A stretch of 64,000 nt of DNA from Pseudomonadota bacterium. Its GTDB lineage: Archaea > Thermoplasmatota > SW-10-69-26 > JACQPN01 > JAJPHT01. Positions 8,500 through 17,334 of the stretch are shown here, one piece after another (the stretch's first letter is position 1; each line of letters begins with the position of its first letter). The translations under genes were made by a program, and so were the position numbers. The notes under the pieces are model-generated. The model made no database searches and was not told the origin of the DNA. It saw only the letters and a program-made list of their open reading frames with translations. The stretch is from positions 32,001 to 96,000 of the forward strand of contig JAJPHT010000022.1 in the NCBI GenBank assembly GCA_021325135.1. The letters are read 5' to 3'.

Positions 8500-11400
8500 A
8501 TGGATGCTACTACTAAGACCAAGACCCTCGCGGTCGCCTTCGTGGCGTTCCTCGTCGGCTCCGTCTTCGTCTCGGGTGTCGCCACCGCGCACTCCGCTGA
8601 CCTGGCGGCCGCCGACGATGCGGGCCACAACGTGGCGAACCCCGCGAACGTCCTCACCGTGGGCAACCCCATCCGGGTCGTCCACTTCAACACCGCCGGC
8701 ACCATCTCGCAGGTCACGTACCCCGAGAACGGGACGATCGACTACAACCAGACGTACGACCTGACGCTGACGGCCATCGGCAACTCCACCGGCGCGACCG
8801 GCGTCAACCTCGCGTGGGGCACCCAGTACCAGCTCGTCGCCCCCTCGGGCACGCTGGTGGGCGCCACCCGCTCGGCCTACAACGACACCGAGCACTGCGG
8901 CCAGGGCTCCACGGCCCCCGTGGCCTACCAGACCGCGTGCGGCGCGCCCTACTCCTTCGCGAACATCACGTTCCCCAACGTGAAGTTCAGCGAGGGCGGC
9001 ATCTGGCTCGTCACCAACGCGACCAGCTCGGCGACCGTCGCCCAGTTCGTCGTCTCGCCCCACACCGAGATCGCGGTCTCCCTGAGCAAGACGAGCGTCG
9101 TCTACAACCCGACGGGCTCGTTCAACTACATCCTCACGGCGACCTACGCGGCGAACGGCACCCCCGTCTCCGGCGCGGTCATCGACGTCTTCCCCTCGGG
9201 CTCCGGCCTGACCAACGGCGTCACGACCCAGCCTGACGGCACGGCCACGGTCCTCCAGACCGGCACGCCCCACGCCAACGTGTACCACTTCTTCGTGAAC
9301 GCGTCCATCGCCAACACGGTGACGGGCTCGTGCGCCTCGGGCGACCCCGTCAGCACGTGCAGCGACATCTTCGGCGAGAACAACCTGACCATCAGCGCCG
9401 CGCCCCTGACGGTCAACAAGAACTCGACGACGGCGTACACGGGCTTCCAGAACAACGTGACGTTCACGCCCCAGTTCCAGTCCGCGCAGGACTCGAACAG
9501 CAGCTTCGCCTTCACCGGCGTGCAGGCCTCGGCCGGCACGGCGCTGGGCGCGGGCTTCTTCCCGAACGCCTCGAAGTTCAACGCCTCGGTGACCTTCCCC
9601 AACGGGACGGTCCTCTACATGTCCGGCGCGACCCGCGGCTCGCTCGCGTTCCCCGTGAGCGAGTTCACGGTCTCCGGCGGCTCGAACCTCCAGTGCTTCG
9701 ACCCCAACAACGCCGTCTGGATCTCCGGCCCCGGCAGCGCGTGCAACGTCACGAGCATCCTGGCCAAGTCCTTCGGCGTCGACCAGGACACCGGCCGCAT
9801 CTACTTCGTGCCCGGCTCCAGCCTCTGGCTGGGCGGCACGTACACCTTCGGCCTGACCATCAGCAACGACGCGGCGGGCAACTCGGAGTACTCCGGCTCG
9901 ACCACGCTTGTTCCCACCTCCCCCGCGGGCGTCAACCTCGCCCTCACGGACGGCAGCGGGAACTCGCTCACGGCGATCCCCGTCCTCCCCGGCACGGGCA
10001 GCCCCCTGGGTCTCCAGGGCCAGACGGTCCTGCTGAACATCACCGGCGAGTCGCTCTTCCAGCACCCCCTGTGCGAGTCGGGCGGCGCGCCCGGCGACGT
10101 GGGCTGCACGGCGAGCCCCACCGGCACCGAGGGTTCCGGCGGCAACTTCGCGGAGAACATCACCGTCTCCGGCGCGGTCCTCCCCACGCACCCCACCACG
10201 GGCTCCGCCTCGGGTGACATCACGTACAACCGCACGACCGGCATCGCGACGATCAGCAACCTCGTCACGAGCGGCTCGGGCAACGTGGTGTTCTCGGTCA
10301 ACTGGAAGGGCACGACGACGACCCTGACCGTCCCCACGAGCGGTGGCGCCAACATCACCACCGACACGGCGGACATCCAGGTCGGCAAGCTGACGAACTT
10401 CACGATCACCGTGAAGGACGCCTTCGGCAACCTCGTCCCCACCGCAACCATCAAGGGCTTCAACGAGGACGGCAGCGCGTTCTCGCCCACCACGGATCCC
10501 TTCGGCTCGGGCGGCATCACCGGCAACGGTGGCCCCACCATGGGCCAGGGCGGCGTGTACAACATCAACATCACGCCCGCCAGCGTGAAGAACATGATCG
10601 TCCAGGCGACGGTCCAGCCCCCCGGCGGCACCGCGACCTACGCGCTCTACCGCGTGAAGGTCGTCGCCGGCCACGACCTGACCGTCAACCTGTCGAAGAC
10701 GGACACCTCCGCGGGTCTGCCGACGTTCATCAGCGTGAACGCGACGAACTCGACGGGCGCGGGCGTCCCGACCGGAACGGCCCAGGTCTACCTGCTGACG
10801 GCCCAGGAGAAGACTGACCTCCTGGCCAACGGCAGCACGTCGCTGAGCAGCGTCCCGTCGTTCCGCAAGTTCGGGAACAGCCTCACGGCGTTCACGAACT
10901 CCAGCGTGTACGGCGTCAACATCACGGCTGCCCTCGGCGCGGACGTCTACAACGTCTACGTCCAGGACGCCGCCGTGCCCTCGCTCCAGCACGACAACCT
11001 GAACAGCATGCCCATGCTCACCGTGCACAACTACACGGTGACCTTCGTGCCCGCGACCATCGCGACCAACTGGACCGGCCAGACCAACGTCACGGTCAAC
11101 GCGACGATCAAGGACTGGCAGGGCAACCTCGCGCCCAACGGCACGCAGATGCGGTACAGCCTGGCGAACTCCACGGGCAACCTCACGGACCCGACGGTGG
11201 GCGGCAGCTACAACTTCGCCGCGCTGAACAAGACGGGCATCACGAACGGCGTGGTCACCCTGACGGTCACGGGCCGCGACCCGGGCGTCATCATGGTCGA
11301 GATCATGCCCGCCTCGAGCGCGGGCACCCCCATCTTCACGGGCGCCACCGGCGCGCTCGTCGTGGCGGGTCCGACCGTGACGGTGAACCCCACCAGCGTG

Positions 11401-12462
11401 AACATCCTCACGCCGCAGGTCTTGACGATCACGGCCGCCAACTTCACGGGTGGCGCGCTGGCTGGCGTCGAGGTCCGCGTGTGCGGCATCTCGCTGAACG
11501 CGAACTTCCCCTCGACCGCTCCCACGACGCTGACGGCCTCGGACCGCGCGAACTGCACGGCCGTGGACGTCACCAACGCCGACGGGACGGCCGCGGTCAA
11601 CGTCGCGCCCAACAGCCTGTCGCCGCTCCTGGTCTACGTGAACAACGTGAACACCGGCGTGTCGATCCCCGTCTTCGCGGGCACCCTCGCGGTGAGCATC
11701 GACAAGACGTCCCCCAAGACTGGCGACACCGTGACCATCACGGCCGCCCAGTCCCAGGGCGCCTCCGGCTCGGCGGGCATCGCGGTCAACGTGACCCGCG
11801 ACGGCACGTTCGTCGTCAACCAGACGAGCGACTCCTCGGGCCACGTCGTGCTCTCCAACGTGAGCGCCGGCAACTACAGCATCGTGGCGACCCGCAGCGG
11901 CTTCCTGCCTGGCTTCCTCAACTTCAGCGTTGGGGCGTCCAGCGGGAACGTCACGCCCCCGGGCCCGCACTTCACCCTGTCCAACCTCGTGGTGCCCGAC
12001 ACCGCGACGGTCGGCCAGCCGGTGACGGTCAGCGCTGACGTGAAGAACGACGGCACCTCCTCGGGCACGGCCAACATGCTGCTGCTCGTGAACGACAAGG
12101 TCGTCGGCACGTTCTCGCTGCCCGACCTCGGCGTTGGCGAGACGCAGAGCGTGCAGTTCCAGCCCTTCACGCCCAGCGTCCCCGGCACGTTCCACGTCGT
12201 CGTCAAGATCGGCACCACGACTGTCGACAAGACGATCACGGTGAACCAGCAGGGCACGACCACGTCGACGCCCACGACGAGCACGACGACCACGACGACG
12301 ACCACGACGACCACGTCGCCGACGGTCTCGTCGAGCCCCGTGACGAGCACGCCCACGTCGACCACGACCACGACGCCGAGCCCCAGGGTGCCCGGCTTCG
12401 AGTTCGTGGCCCTCGTCGGCGCCATCGCCGCGGCGCTCCTCGTGCTCCGCCGCAAGAACTAA
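8500..12462 (+). CDS. Major cell-surface (S-layer-like) glycoprotein with Ig-like/CARDB domains, Thr-rich linker and PGF-CTERM
   Basis: Sec signal; many N-x-S/T sequons; beta-rich; TTTT linker; C-terminal VPGF-TM-RRKN. Confidence 0.88.
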   Translation: MDATTKTKTLAVAFVAFLVGSVFVSGVATAHSADLAAADDAGHNVANPANVLTVGNPIRVVHFNTAGTISQVTYPENGTIDYNQTYDLTLTAIGNSTGATGVNLAWGTQYQLVAPSGTLVGATRSAYNDTEHCGQGSTAPVAYQTACGAPYSFANITFPNVKFSEGGIWLVTNATSSATVAQFVVSPHTEIAVSLSKTSVVYNPTGSFNYILTATYAANGTPVSGAVIDVFPSGSGLTNGVTTQPDGTATVLQTGTPHANVYHFFVNASIANTVTGSCASGDPVSTCSDIFGENNLTISAAPLTVNKNSTTAYTGFQNNVTFTPQFQSAQDSNSSFAFTGVQASAGTALGAGFFPNASKFNASVTFPNGTVLYMSGATRGSLAFPVSEFTVSGGSNLQCFDPNNAVWISGPGSACNVTSILAKSFGVDQDTGRIYFVPGSSLWLGGTYTFGLTISNDAAGNSEYSGSTTLVPTSPAGVNLALTDGSGNSLTAIPVLPGTGSPLGLQGQTVLLNITGESLFQHPLCESGGAPGDVGCTASPTGTEGSGGNFAENITVSGAVLPTHPTTGSASGDITYNRTTGIATISNLVTSGSGNVVFSVNWKGTTTTLTVPTSGGANITTDTADIQVGKLTNFTITVKDAFGNLVPTATIKGFNEDGSAFSPTTDPFGSGGITGNGGPTMGQGGVYNINITPASVKNMIVQATVQPPGGTATYALYRVKVVAGHDLTVNLSKTDTSAGLPTFISVNATNSTGAGVPTGTAQVYLLTAQEKTDLLANGSTSLSSVPSFRKFGNSLTAFTNSSVYGVNITAALGADVYNVYVQDAAVPSLQHDNLNSMPMLTVHNYTVTFVPATIATNWTGQTNVTVNATIKDWQGNLAPNGTQMRYSLANSTGNLTDPTVGGSYNFAALNKTGITNGVVTLTVTGRDPGVIMVEIMPASSAGTPIFTGATGALVVAGPTVTVNPTSVNILTPQVLTITAANFTGGALAGVEVRVCGISLNANFPSTAPTTLTASDRANCTAVDVTNADGTAAVNVAPNSLSPLLVYVNNVNTGVSIPVFAGTLAVSIDKTSPKTGDTVTITAAQSQGASGSAGIAVNVTRDGTFVVNQTSDSSGHVVLSNVSAGNYSIVATRSGFLPGFLNFSVGASSGNVTPPGPHFTLSNLVVPDTATVGQPVTVSADVKNDGTSSGTANMLLLVNDKVVGTFSLPDLGVGETQSVQFQPFTPSVPGTFHVVVKIGTTTVDKTITVNQQGTTTSTPTTSTTTTTTTTTTTSPTVSSSPVTSTPTSTTTTTPSPRVPGFEFVALVGAIAAALLVLRRKN

Positions 12463-12474
12463 CTGAGCGCACGG

Positions 12475-12520
12475 CGCGGGCGCCCTTGAGGCGCCCGCGC
12501 ATCCCCCCTTTTTCTCATCT
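12475..12520 (+). terminator. Hairpin plus T tract
   Basis: GCGCGGGCGCC-cttga-GGCGCCCGCGC then CCCCCTTTTTCT. Confidence 0.6.
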
Positions 12521-12597
12521 TCTCTCCCCCAGCGCGAGCGCCGCGTCGCCTCCAGCGGGGATCAGATGATAAGGCCGCGACGGCACGCTGGGGGAGC

Positions 12598-13002
12598 ATG
12601 CTTCCCCTCCTCGCCATCGGCCGCTCCATGCGACGCAGCCACGCCCGCCGCGCCGTCCTCGTCGCCCTCGACCGGCTCGGGCAGGCCGGGCTCGCGCCGC
12701 TCGCGGAGCAGGCGGGCCTCGCGCCCGAGCGCGTGCGCGCGGTCCTCCACGGCCGTCTGCCGGGCTTCCTGCCGGAGCTGTCGCTCCTCGCGCTGGAGCT
12801 CGTCCGCCAGGAAGGAGAGGAGTACGCCATCGCGCCGCGCGGGCGGCTCGTCGTGAGGTCGCTGGCGCGCGGCGGGCTCAAGCTCCTGCTGGAGGGGCCG
12901 GACGCCGCGCTGCGCGCGCCGCTGGAAGCCGCGCACGAAGAACGATGCCCCGCGTGCGGGCAGCGCGTGCCGCCGCGCGACCGCAGGCCGCAGAGGCGTT
13001 AG
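12598..13002 (+). CDS. EarA/DUF1495-like winged-helix regulator with C-terminal CPACG knuckle
   Basis: RRS..RR.VL ... V...L.G ... SL..L.LV ... Y.I..RG pattern typical of the EarA family. Confidence 0.6.
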   Translation: MLPLLAIGRSMRRSHARRAVLVALDRLGQAGLAPLAEQAGLAPERVRAVLHGRLPGFLPELSLLALELVRQEGEEYAIAPRGRLVVRSLARGGLKLLLEGPDAALRAPLEAAHEERCPACGQRVPPRDRRPQRR

Positions 13003-13003
13003 C

Positions 13004-13318
13004 TCACGCCTTGGGCTTCGCCTCGCCCTTGGGCGCCTCGGCGGCCTTCAGCGCCTCGGCGATCTGCTGGAGAAGCACGCTCTTCGCGCCGCGCGCGTCG
13101 ATGAGCACGCGCCCTTCGCTCTTCCACCAGCGCTTGGGGTGGCCCACGCCCTTCTCCAGGACGGGGCGCAGGTGCATCTTCGCGGCGACCTGGGCGACGG
13201 CCTCGGCGGTGGGCTCCGCGATGGCCAGGTGCCTGGGCACCCGGCGCCAGGGGCGCGGCTCGGCCGCGTCGAAGTAGAGCGGCCAGAGGACGAGTTTCCC
13301 GTCGTCGCGCGAGACCAT
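13004..13318 (-). CDS. srp19: Signal recognition particle protein SRP19
   Basis: LWPLYFD ... RRVP ... HPKRWW..EGRV ... KS.LL..IA. Confidence 0.92.
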   Translation of the reverse strand: MVSRDDGKLVLWPLYFDAAEPRPWRRVPRHLAIAEPTAEAVAQVAAKMHLRPVLEKGVGHPKRWWKSEGRVLIDARGAKSVLLQQIAEALKAAEAPKGEAKPKA

Positions 13319-13367
13319 GAGAATCAGAGGGAAGCGGCCGGCAGGGGCGGCCGAGGTGTCAGGCGGT

Positions 13368-13748
13368 TCACTCGACGAGGACGGCGTTGATCGCGCCGTG
13401 CTGGCCGGGGCGGCTCGTGATCCGCGCCTTTCCGGCGCTGGTCTGCACGATGGCGCCCTTGGTCATGATGTTGCGGCGCACGTAGTTGATGTTCGCCGGG
13501 TTGCCCGTCACGGTGGTGATCTTCGCGGGCGCGGTCTTCCCCGTCTTGGGGTTGGTCACGTTGGCCGTGTCCGCCTTGAGCATGCGCACGCGCATCTCGC
13601 CCGCGCGGACGCGGACGTACTTGCGCTTCGTCGCGCCGATGGTCGTGAGAACGGGCTCGCGGCCGATCTCGAACTTGCGCTTCTTGTGGGCCATCATCCG
13701 GCGGCCGCCGGAGGGCTTGCGCTTGGATTCGCCCTGCCAAATCGCCAT
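13368..13748 (-). CDS. rps8e: 30S ribosomal protein S8e
   Basis: MAIWQG.S.RKPSGG, RKFEIGRE, NPAN.NYVRRNI.TKGA, SRPGQHG. Confidence 0.97.
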   Translation of the reverse strand: MAIWQGESKRKPSGGRRMMAHKKRKFEIGREPVLTTIGATKRKYVRVRAGEMRVRMLKADTANVTNPKTGKTAPAKITTVTGNPANINYVRRNIMTKGAIVQTSAGKARITSRPGQHGAINAVLVE

Positions 13749-14046
13749 GCTGACACCGATCCTGAGGGGGCAGCGATCCCCGTTCCCCTATTTGAGTATT
13801 TTCCGGGCGGAGGATCCTCCGCGACTTGAGGGGCCCAGGGTTTCCACCGAGCGTGTTAAGTAGTGGCTAGCCTCTTTCCGGTGCAGCCACTCCCTCCCGT
13901 GCAGCCATGCGGCGGTGAGAAATCTTCTTATAGCGATATCGCAACATAGGCCTCACGCACGGGGCATCCGACCCGCATCGGGTATGGATCCACCAGGGAA
14001 ACGGGCCTCGGACGGCCTGTCTTCTGTGCCCAGGAAGGAATACGAG

Positions 14047-14451
14047 ATGGCTCAACTTTCTCGTCGGGAAGCCGACTTGGAGATCATCACCGTCGAGGAC
14101 CTTTCCCAGGCGATCCAGGACCGCATTGGCCTGGGGCTTGAGGAGGCCGACCGCGACGCCGAGTTCGTGATGGATATCTTCGGCTTCAACGACCGCATCA
14201 TCGACAACGTCCTCGAGCCCGAGGACCGTCAGCTCTTCTACATCCTGGAGGAAGAGGGGCTTCTCACCACCGAGCGCGAGGAGACCACGCTCTACGACGG
14301 CCGCGAGTGGCGCACCCACTACTGGCTCTTCAGGAAGGACAAGATCCTCGCCTCCGCCGAGGCCGCCCGCGCCAAGGCCGGCTCCGCCGACCACGAGTTC
14401 GGCATCTACGCCGAGATGCCCGAAGACGTGTGGGCCGCCCGGAAGCGCTAG
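14047..14451 (+). CDS. Conserved Thermoplasmatota protein (DUF6015-like)
   Basis: FGF.DRIIDNVLEPEDRQLFYILEEEGLL ... GREWR.HYW; TATA TCTTATAG at ~13927. Confidence 0.7.
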   Translation: MAQLSRREADLEIITVEDLSQAIQDRIGLGLEEADRDAEFVMDIFGFNDRIIDNVLEPEDRQLFYILEEEGLLTTEREETTLYDGREWRTHYWLFRKDKILASAEAARAKAGSADHEFGIYAEMPEDVWAARKR

Positions 14452-14618
14452 CTCCCGAAAGCGCCGACGAGCGGGCTCGTTGAGCGCCGCCCGGAAGCGC
14501 TGAGAGTTTTTTCGCCGGCCTCCGGCTGGCTCATCCTCAACCCACCAGGGGGCGCGCCGCCTCGGGCGAGCCAACCCTTGATATGGGGGAACTCCGTTGG
14601 CGCGGCCGAGGAACGCCC

Positions 14619-14834
14619 GTGGCCCTTCCCCTCGACGTGCTTGAGCGCAGCATCAACAAGAAGATGTCCCTCCAGCTCAAGGACGGCCGCGTCATCGAGG
14701 GCAAGCTGGTCGGCTACGACCAGTACATGAACCTCGTCCTGGAAGAGAGCGAGGAGAAGGCCGGAGAGACGGGCCGCCGCCTGGGCACCCTCGTGCTCCG
14801 CGGCAACAACGTCGTGACCATCTCCCCGCAGTAG
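14619..14834 (+). CDS. lsm: Sm-like (Lsm) RNA-binding protein
   Basis: PLDVL ... G.L.GYDQYMNLVL ... LRGNNVV.ISP; GTG start. Confidence 0.93.
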   Translation: MALPLDVLERSINKKMSLQLKDGRVIEGKLVGYDQYMNLVLEESEEKAGETGRRLGTLVLRGNNVVTISPQ

Positions 14835-14894
14835 GCCTGCCGGCGATCGCCGGACGCGGAACGCCTTATATATCGGCCGACCCCGTGTTTCAAA

Positions 14895-15077
14895 ATCTAT
14901 AAGACACGGGGCATTCTGATAGGAACTCGGAAGGGCCCGGCTGGTAGTTGTTCAAGTGCATCCCATCCCCTCCTTGTGAGGCCAGCTTCGTCCTTCCACT
15001 CTCACATCCGCCAGCCCCTCTGGCGGACTCACCATTCTTCCAGGCCGAGCCCTGGCCTGATCCTTTCTGCGTCGCAG
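14895..15077. ncRNA. Candidate small structured RNA between convergent lsm and map
   Basis: Own TATA (CCTTATATAT ~14864), lower GC, hairpins TCCGCCAG/CTGGCGGA and CAGGCC/GGCCTG, no credible ORF. Confidence 0.3.
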
Positions 15078-15160
15078 GCCCGTCGCGTCGTCACGCCTTC
15101 GTCGTGACGACTTGCGCCGGACCTGCAGCCCGTCGCGTCGTCACGCCTTTGTCGTGACGA
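15078..15160. repeat. 33-bp direct repeat (1 mismatch) duplicating the map 3' end
   Basis: GCCCGTCGCGTCGTCACGCCTTYGTCGTGACGA at 15078-15110 and 15128-15160. Confidence 0.85.
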
Positions 15161-16040
15161 TGCACTCGGATTCGAGCACGAGGACGGTGTGCTCGAACTG
15201 CGCGACCTGGCCCTCGCCGATCTCGTGGAGGATGGGGTACTGCTTCACGGCGCCCGCGCGCTCCAGCAGGCGCATGGCGTAGGCCACGCGCTCGGGGGGG
15301 ACGGCGCCCGCGATCCAGCGCTCGGCGAAGGGGAGCTTGGGATATCGTTCCGCGATGTGCTTCAGCGCGTCGCGCGCGACGGGGTCGCGCACGGGGCGCG
15401 CGCCCATGAAGTGGTAGATGTGCCCGCCCTTGGTGTCGCGGATCTTGCCCGCGCCGGTGGTGCTGAAGGGCTCGATGGCGATGGCGGTCCCGGGCTGCAC
15501 GCGGCCGCGCGCGGTCTGCGCGACGTTGGGGATGGAGAGCCCCGCGTGCTGCACGTATTGATCCACGCTGTGCCCGGTGAGGTTCACGATGGGCTTGTAG
15601 CCGCGGCCGCGGATGGTGCTCTCGATGGCGCGGCTGATGTCCTCGATGGGGACGTTGGGCTTCACGACCTCCAGCGCGGCCGCCAGCGCGTCCCGGGTGC
15701 ACTGCATGAGGTCCGCGTGCTTGCTCGTGCCCACCTCGACGGTGATGGCCGTGTCGCCGATCCAGCCGTCCACCTGCACGCCGCAGTCGAGCTTCACGAC
15801 CTGGCCTTCCACGAACTCGCGCGCGTCCAGCACGGCGGGCGTCTCGTGCGCGGCGTCCGCGTCCAGGCTGATGCAGCAGGGGAAGGCGCACTCGCCGCCG
15901 TTCTCGCGGATGAAGCGCTCCACGGCCTCCGCGACGTCGATCATGCGCGCGCCGGGCTTCACCAGCGAGGCGCCGTACTCGCGCGCGCGGCCGGCGAGGT
16001 TCCCGGCCTTGCGGTACTTCTCGATGGCGTCAGCGTCCAC
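15141..16040 (-). CDS. map: Type II methionine aminopeptidase
   Basis: AFPC.IS, KLDCG...DGWIGDTA, NLTGH, HAG, AIEPF, AQFEHT. Confidence 0.95.
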   Translation of the reverse strand: MDADAIEKYRKAGNLAGRAREYGASLVKPGARMIDVAEAVERFIRENGGECAFPCCISLDADAAHETPAVLDAREFVEGQVVKLDCGVQVDGWIGDTAITVEVGTSKHADLMQCTRDALAAALEVVKPNVPIEDISRAIESTIRGRGYKPIVNLTGHSVDQYVQHAGLSIPNVAQTARGRVQPGTAIAIEPFSTTGAGKIRDTKGGHIYHFMGARPVRDPVARDALKHIAERYPKLPFAERWIAGAVPPERVAYAMRLLERAGAVKQYPILHEIGEGQVAQFEHTVLVLESECIVTTKA

Positions 16041-16620
16041 GGGCTTCGACCTCCGCCGCGCGAATCGCGCCCTCGCGCAAAACCTTTGCCTCATCGCCCG
16101 TGGCGTCCACGACGGTGTCGAGCCTGCCGCTGCGCGCGCCCGCGTCCACGACGAGCCGCGCCTCGGCGCCCGCGAGGTCGCGCGCGCGCCGCGCGTCGGC
16201 CGCGTCGAGGTCCGCCGCCGCGAGGGGCCCGAAGTGGCGCGCGAGGCGCCGCGTGAGGTCGACGCTGGGCGCGCGCACGGCGACGAGGTCCGCGCCCGCG
16301 GTCACCTCGTCGGGGATCCACGGGCGCGGCCGCAGGAGCAGCGTCAGCGGGCCCGGCCAGAAGGCGTCGGCGAGGCGGCGCGCCAGCGGCGTCGCGAAGG
16401 CGACCTGCTGCACGTCCTCGAAGCCGCCCACGAGCACCGGGAGCGCCTCGTCCGCGCTGCGGCCCGTCGCGCGGAAGAGGCGCAGCGCGGCCGCGTCGTC
16501 CAGCGCGTCGCCGCAGAGCGCGTAGGCGCCGTCCATGGGCAGCACGGCCAGCTCGCCCGCGTCGAGGAGCCCGGTCGCGCGCTGCACGACGTCCGGCTCG
16601 GAGTGCGCGACGAGCTCCAC
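16030..16620 (-). CDS. Sua5/YrdC-family protein with degenerate catalytic motifs
   Basis: FWPGPLTL and VAVR.P conserved; PTET, KxR and SAN motifs replaced by PMDG, TGR and AAD. Confidence 0.75.
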   Translation of the reverse strand: MELVAHSEPDVVQRATGLLDAGELAVLPMDGAYALCGDALDDAAALRLFRATGRSADEALPVLVGGFEDVQQVAFATPLARRLADAFWPGPLTLLLRPRPWIPDEVTAGADLVAVRAPSVDLTRRLARHFGPLAAADLDAADARRARDLAGAEARLVVDAGARSGRLDTVVDATGDEAKVLREGAIRAAEVEARGR

Positions 16621-16624
16621 GGGA

Positions 16625-17134
16625 TCACTTCTTCTCGAGCTGCTTCTTGATGAGGTCGCCCAGCGTCAATTCCTTGGCGCCGGCGTTGCCCACGGGGCGT
16701 CCGCCGATGCCGGAGGGCGCCTCGGGCTTCTCCTTGAGCTTGACGTCCAGCGCCTTCTCCAGCTTCGCCACGAGCGCGTCGGGCGGGTGGTAGGTGCCCT
16801 TCTCGATGTTCGCCAGGTTGCTCACGCGCTCGTTGATGGCCTTGCCCAGGTCCTCGATGGAGAGGCCGGCGCGCTGGCGGGCCTGCTTCACGCGCTCGCC
16901 GTAGTCCTCGACGAGCTCCTCCTGCATCTGGTCGTAGATGTCGCGGGGCTTGCCGCGGACGGCGCGCCGCTCCAGCGCCTGCGTCGTCTGGCTGCGGCCG
17001 GTGACCTCGACCTTGGGGCCCGCCTGCTCGACGCCGAACTTCACGCAGTTGCCGCACACGCTCATGGTCGTGCCTTCGATCACGGCGCGCCGCAGCGAAG
17101 GGAACTCCTTGCCGCACATCTCGCAGGAGGGCAT
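16625..17134 (-). CDS. mbf1: Archaeal multiprotein bridging factor 1 (Zn ribbon + HTH)
   Basis: CEMCG ... VC..C..FG, ELVEDYG, HTH, TLGD. Confidence 0.92.
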   Translation of the reverse strand: MPSCEMCGKEFPSLRRAVIEGTTMSVCGNCVKFGVEQAGPKVEVTGRSQTTQALERRAVRGKPRDIYDQMQEELVEDYGERVKQARQRAGLSIEDLGKAINERVSNLANIEKGTYHPPDALVAKLEKALDVKLKEKPEAPSGIGGRPVGNAGAKELTLGDLIKKQLEKK

Positions 17135-17334
17135 CGTCGCTCCATGGGGGCTCCATGGATAAAGCCCTCTCCCGATGCTCGTGGAGGTGGAAGCCGCTCC
17201 GGAGATCGAACGATCAGCCGTCCGCCCCAGGCGTTTCCACAAACGCTTAATATGGAGCAACCCTACCCAGCGACTGCGCCACCCCCGGGGAAATGCGGGT
17301 TTCCCGGAGTTCTGGGCGCACGGGATTGGTCCGC

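Noticed and set aside
7732-12195. Very long alternative ORFs (also 36917-41194, 54802-58329, 58939-63786, 59109-63824, 24623-27859)
   Set aside because: Antisense or shifted-frame shadows of real high-GC genes; R/G/A/P-rich with no motifs.
12255-12380. ACG/ACC tandem repeat as a VNTR element
   Set aside because: It encodes the Thr/Ser linker typical of PGF-CTERM proteins.
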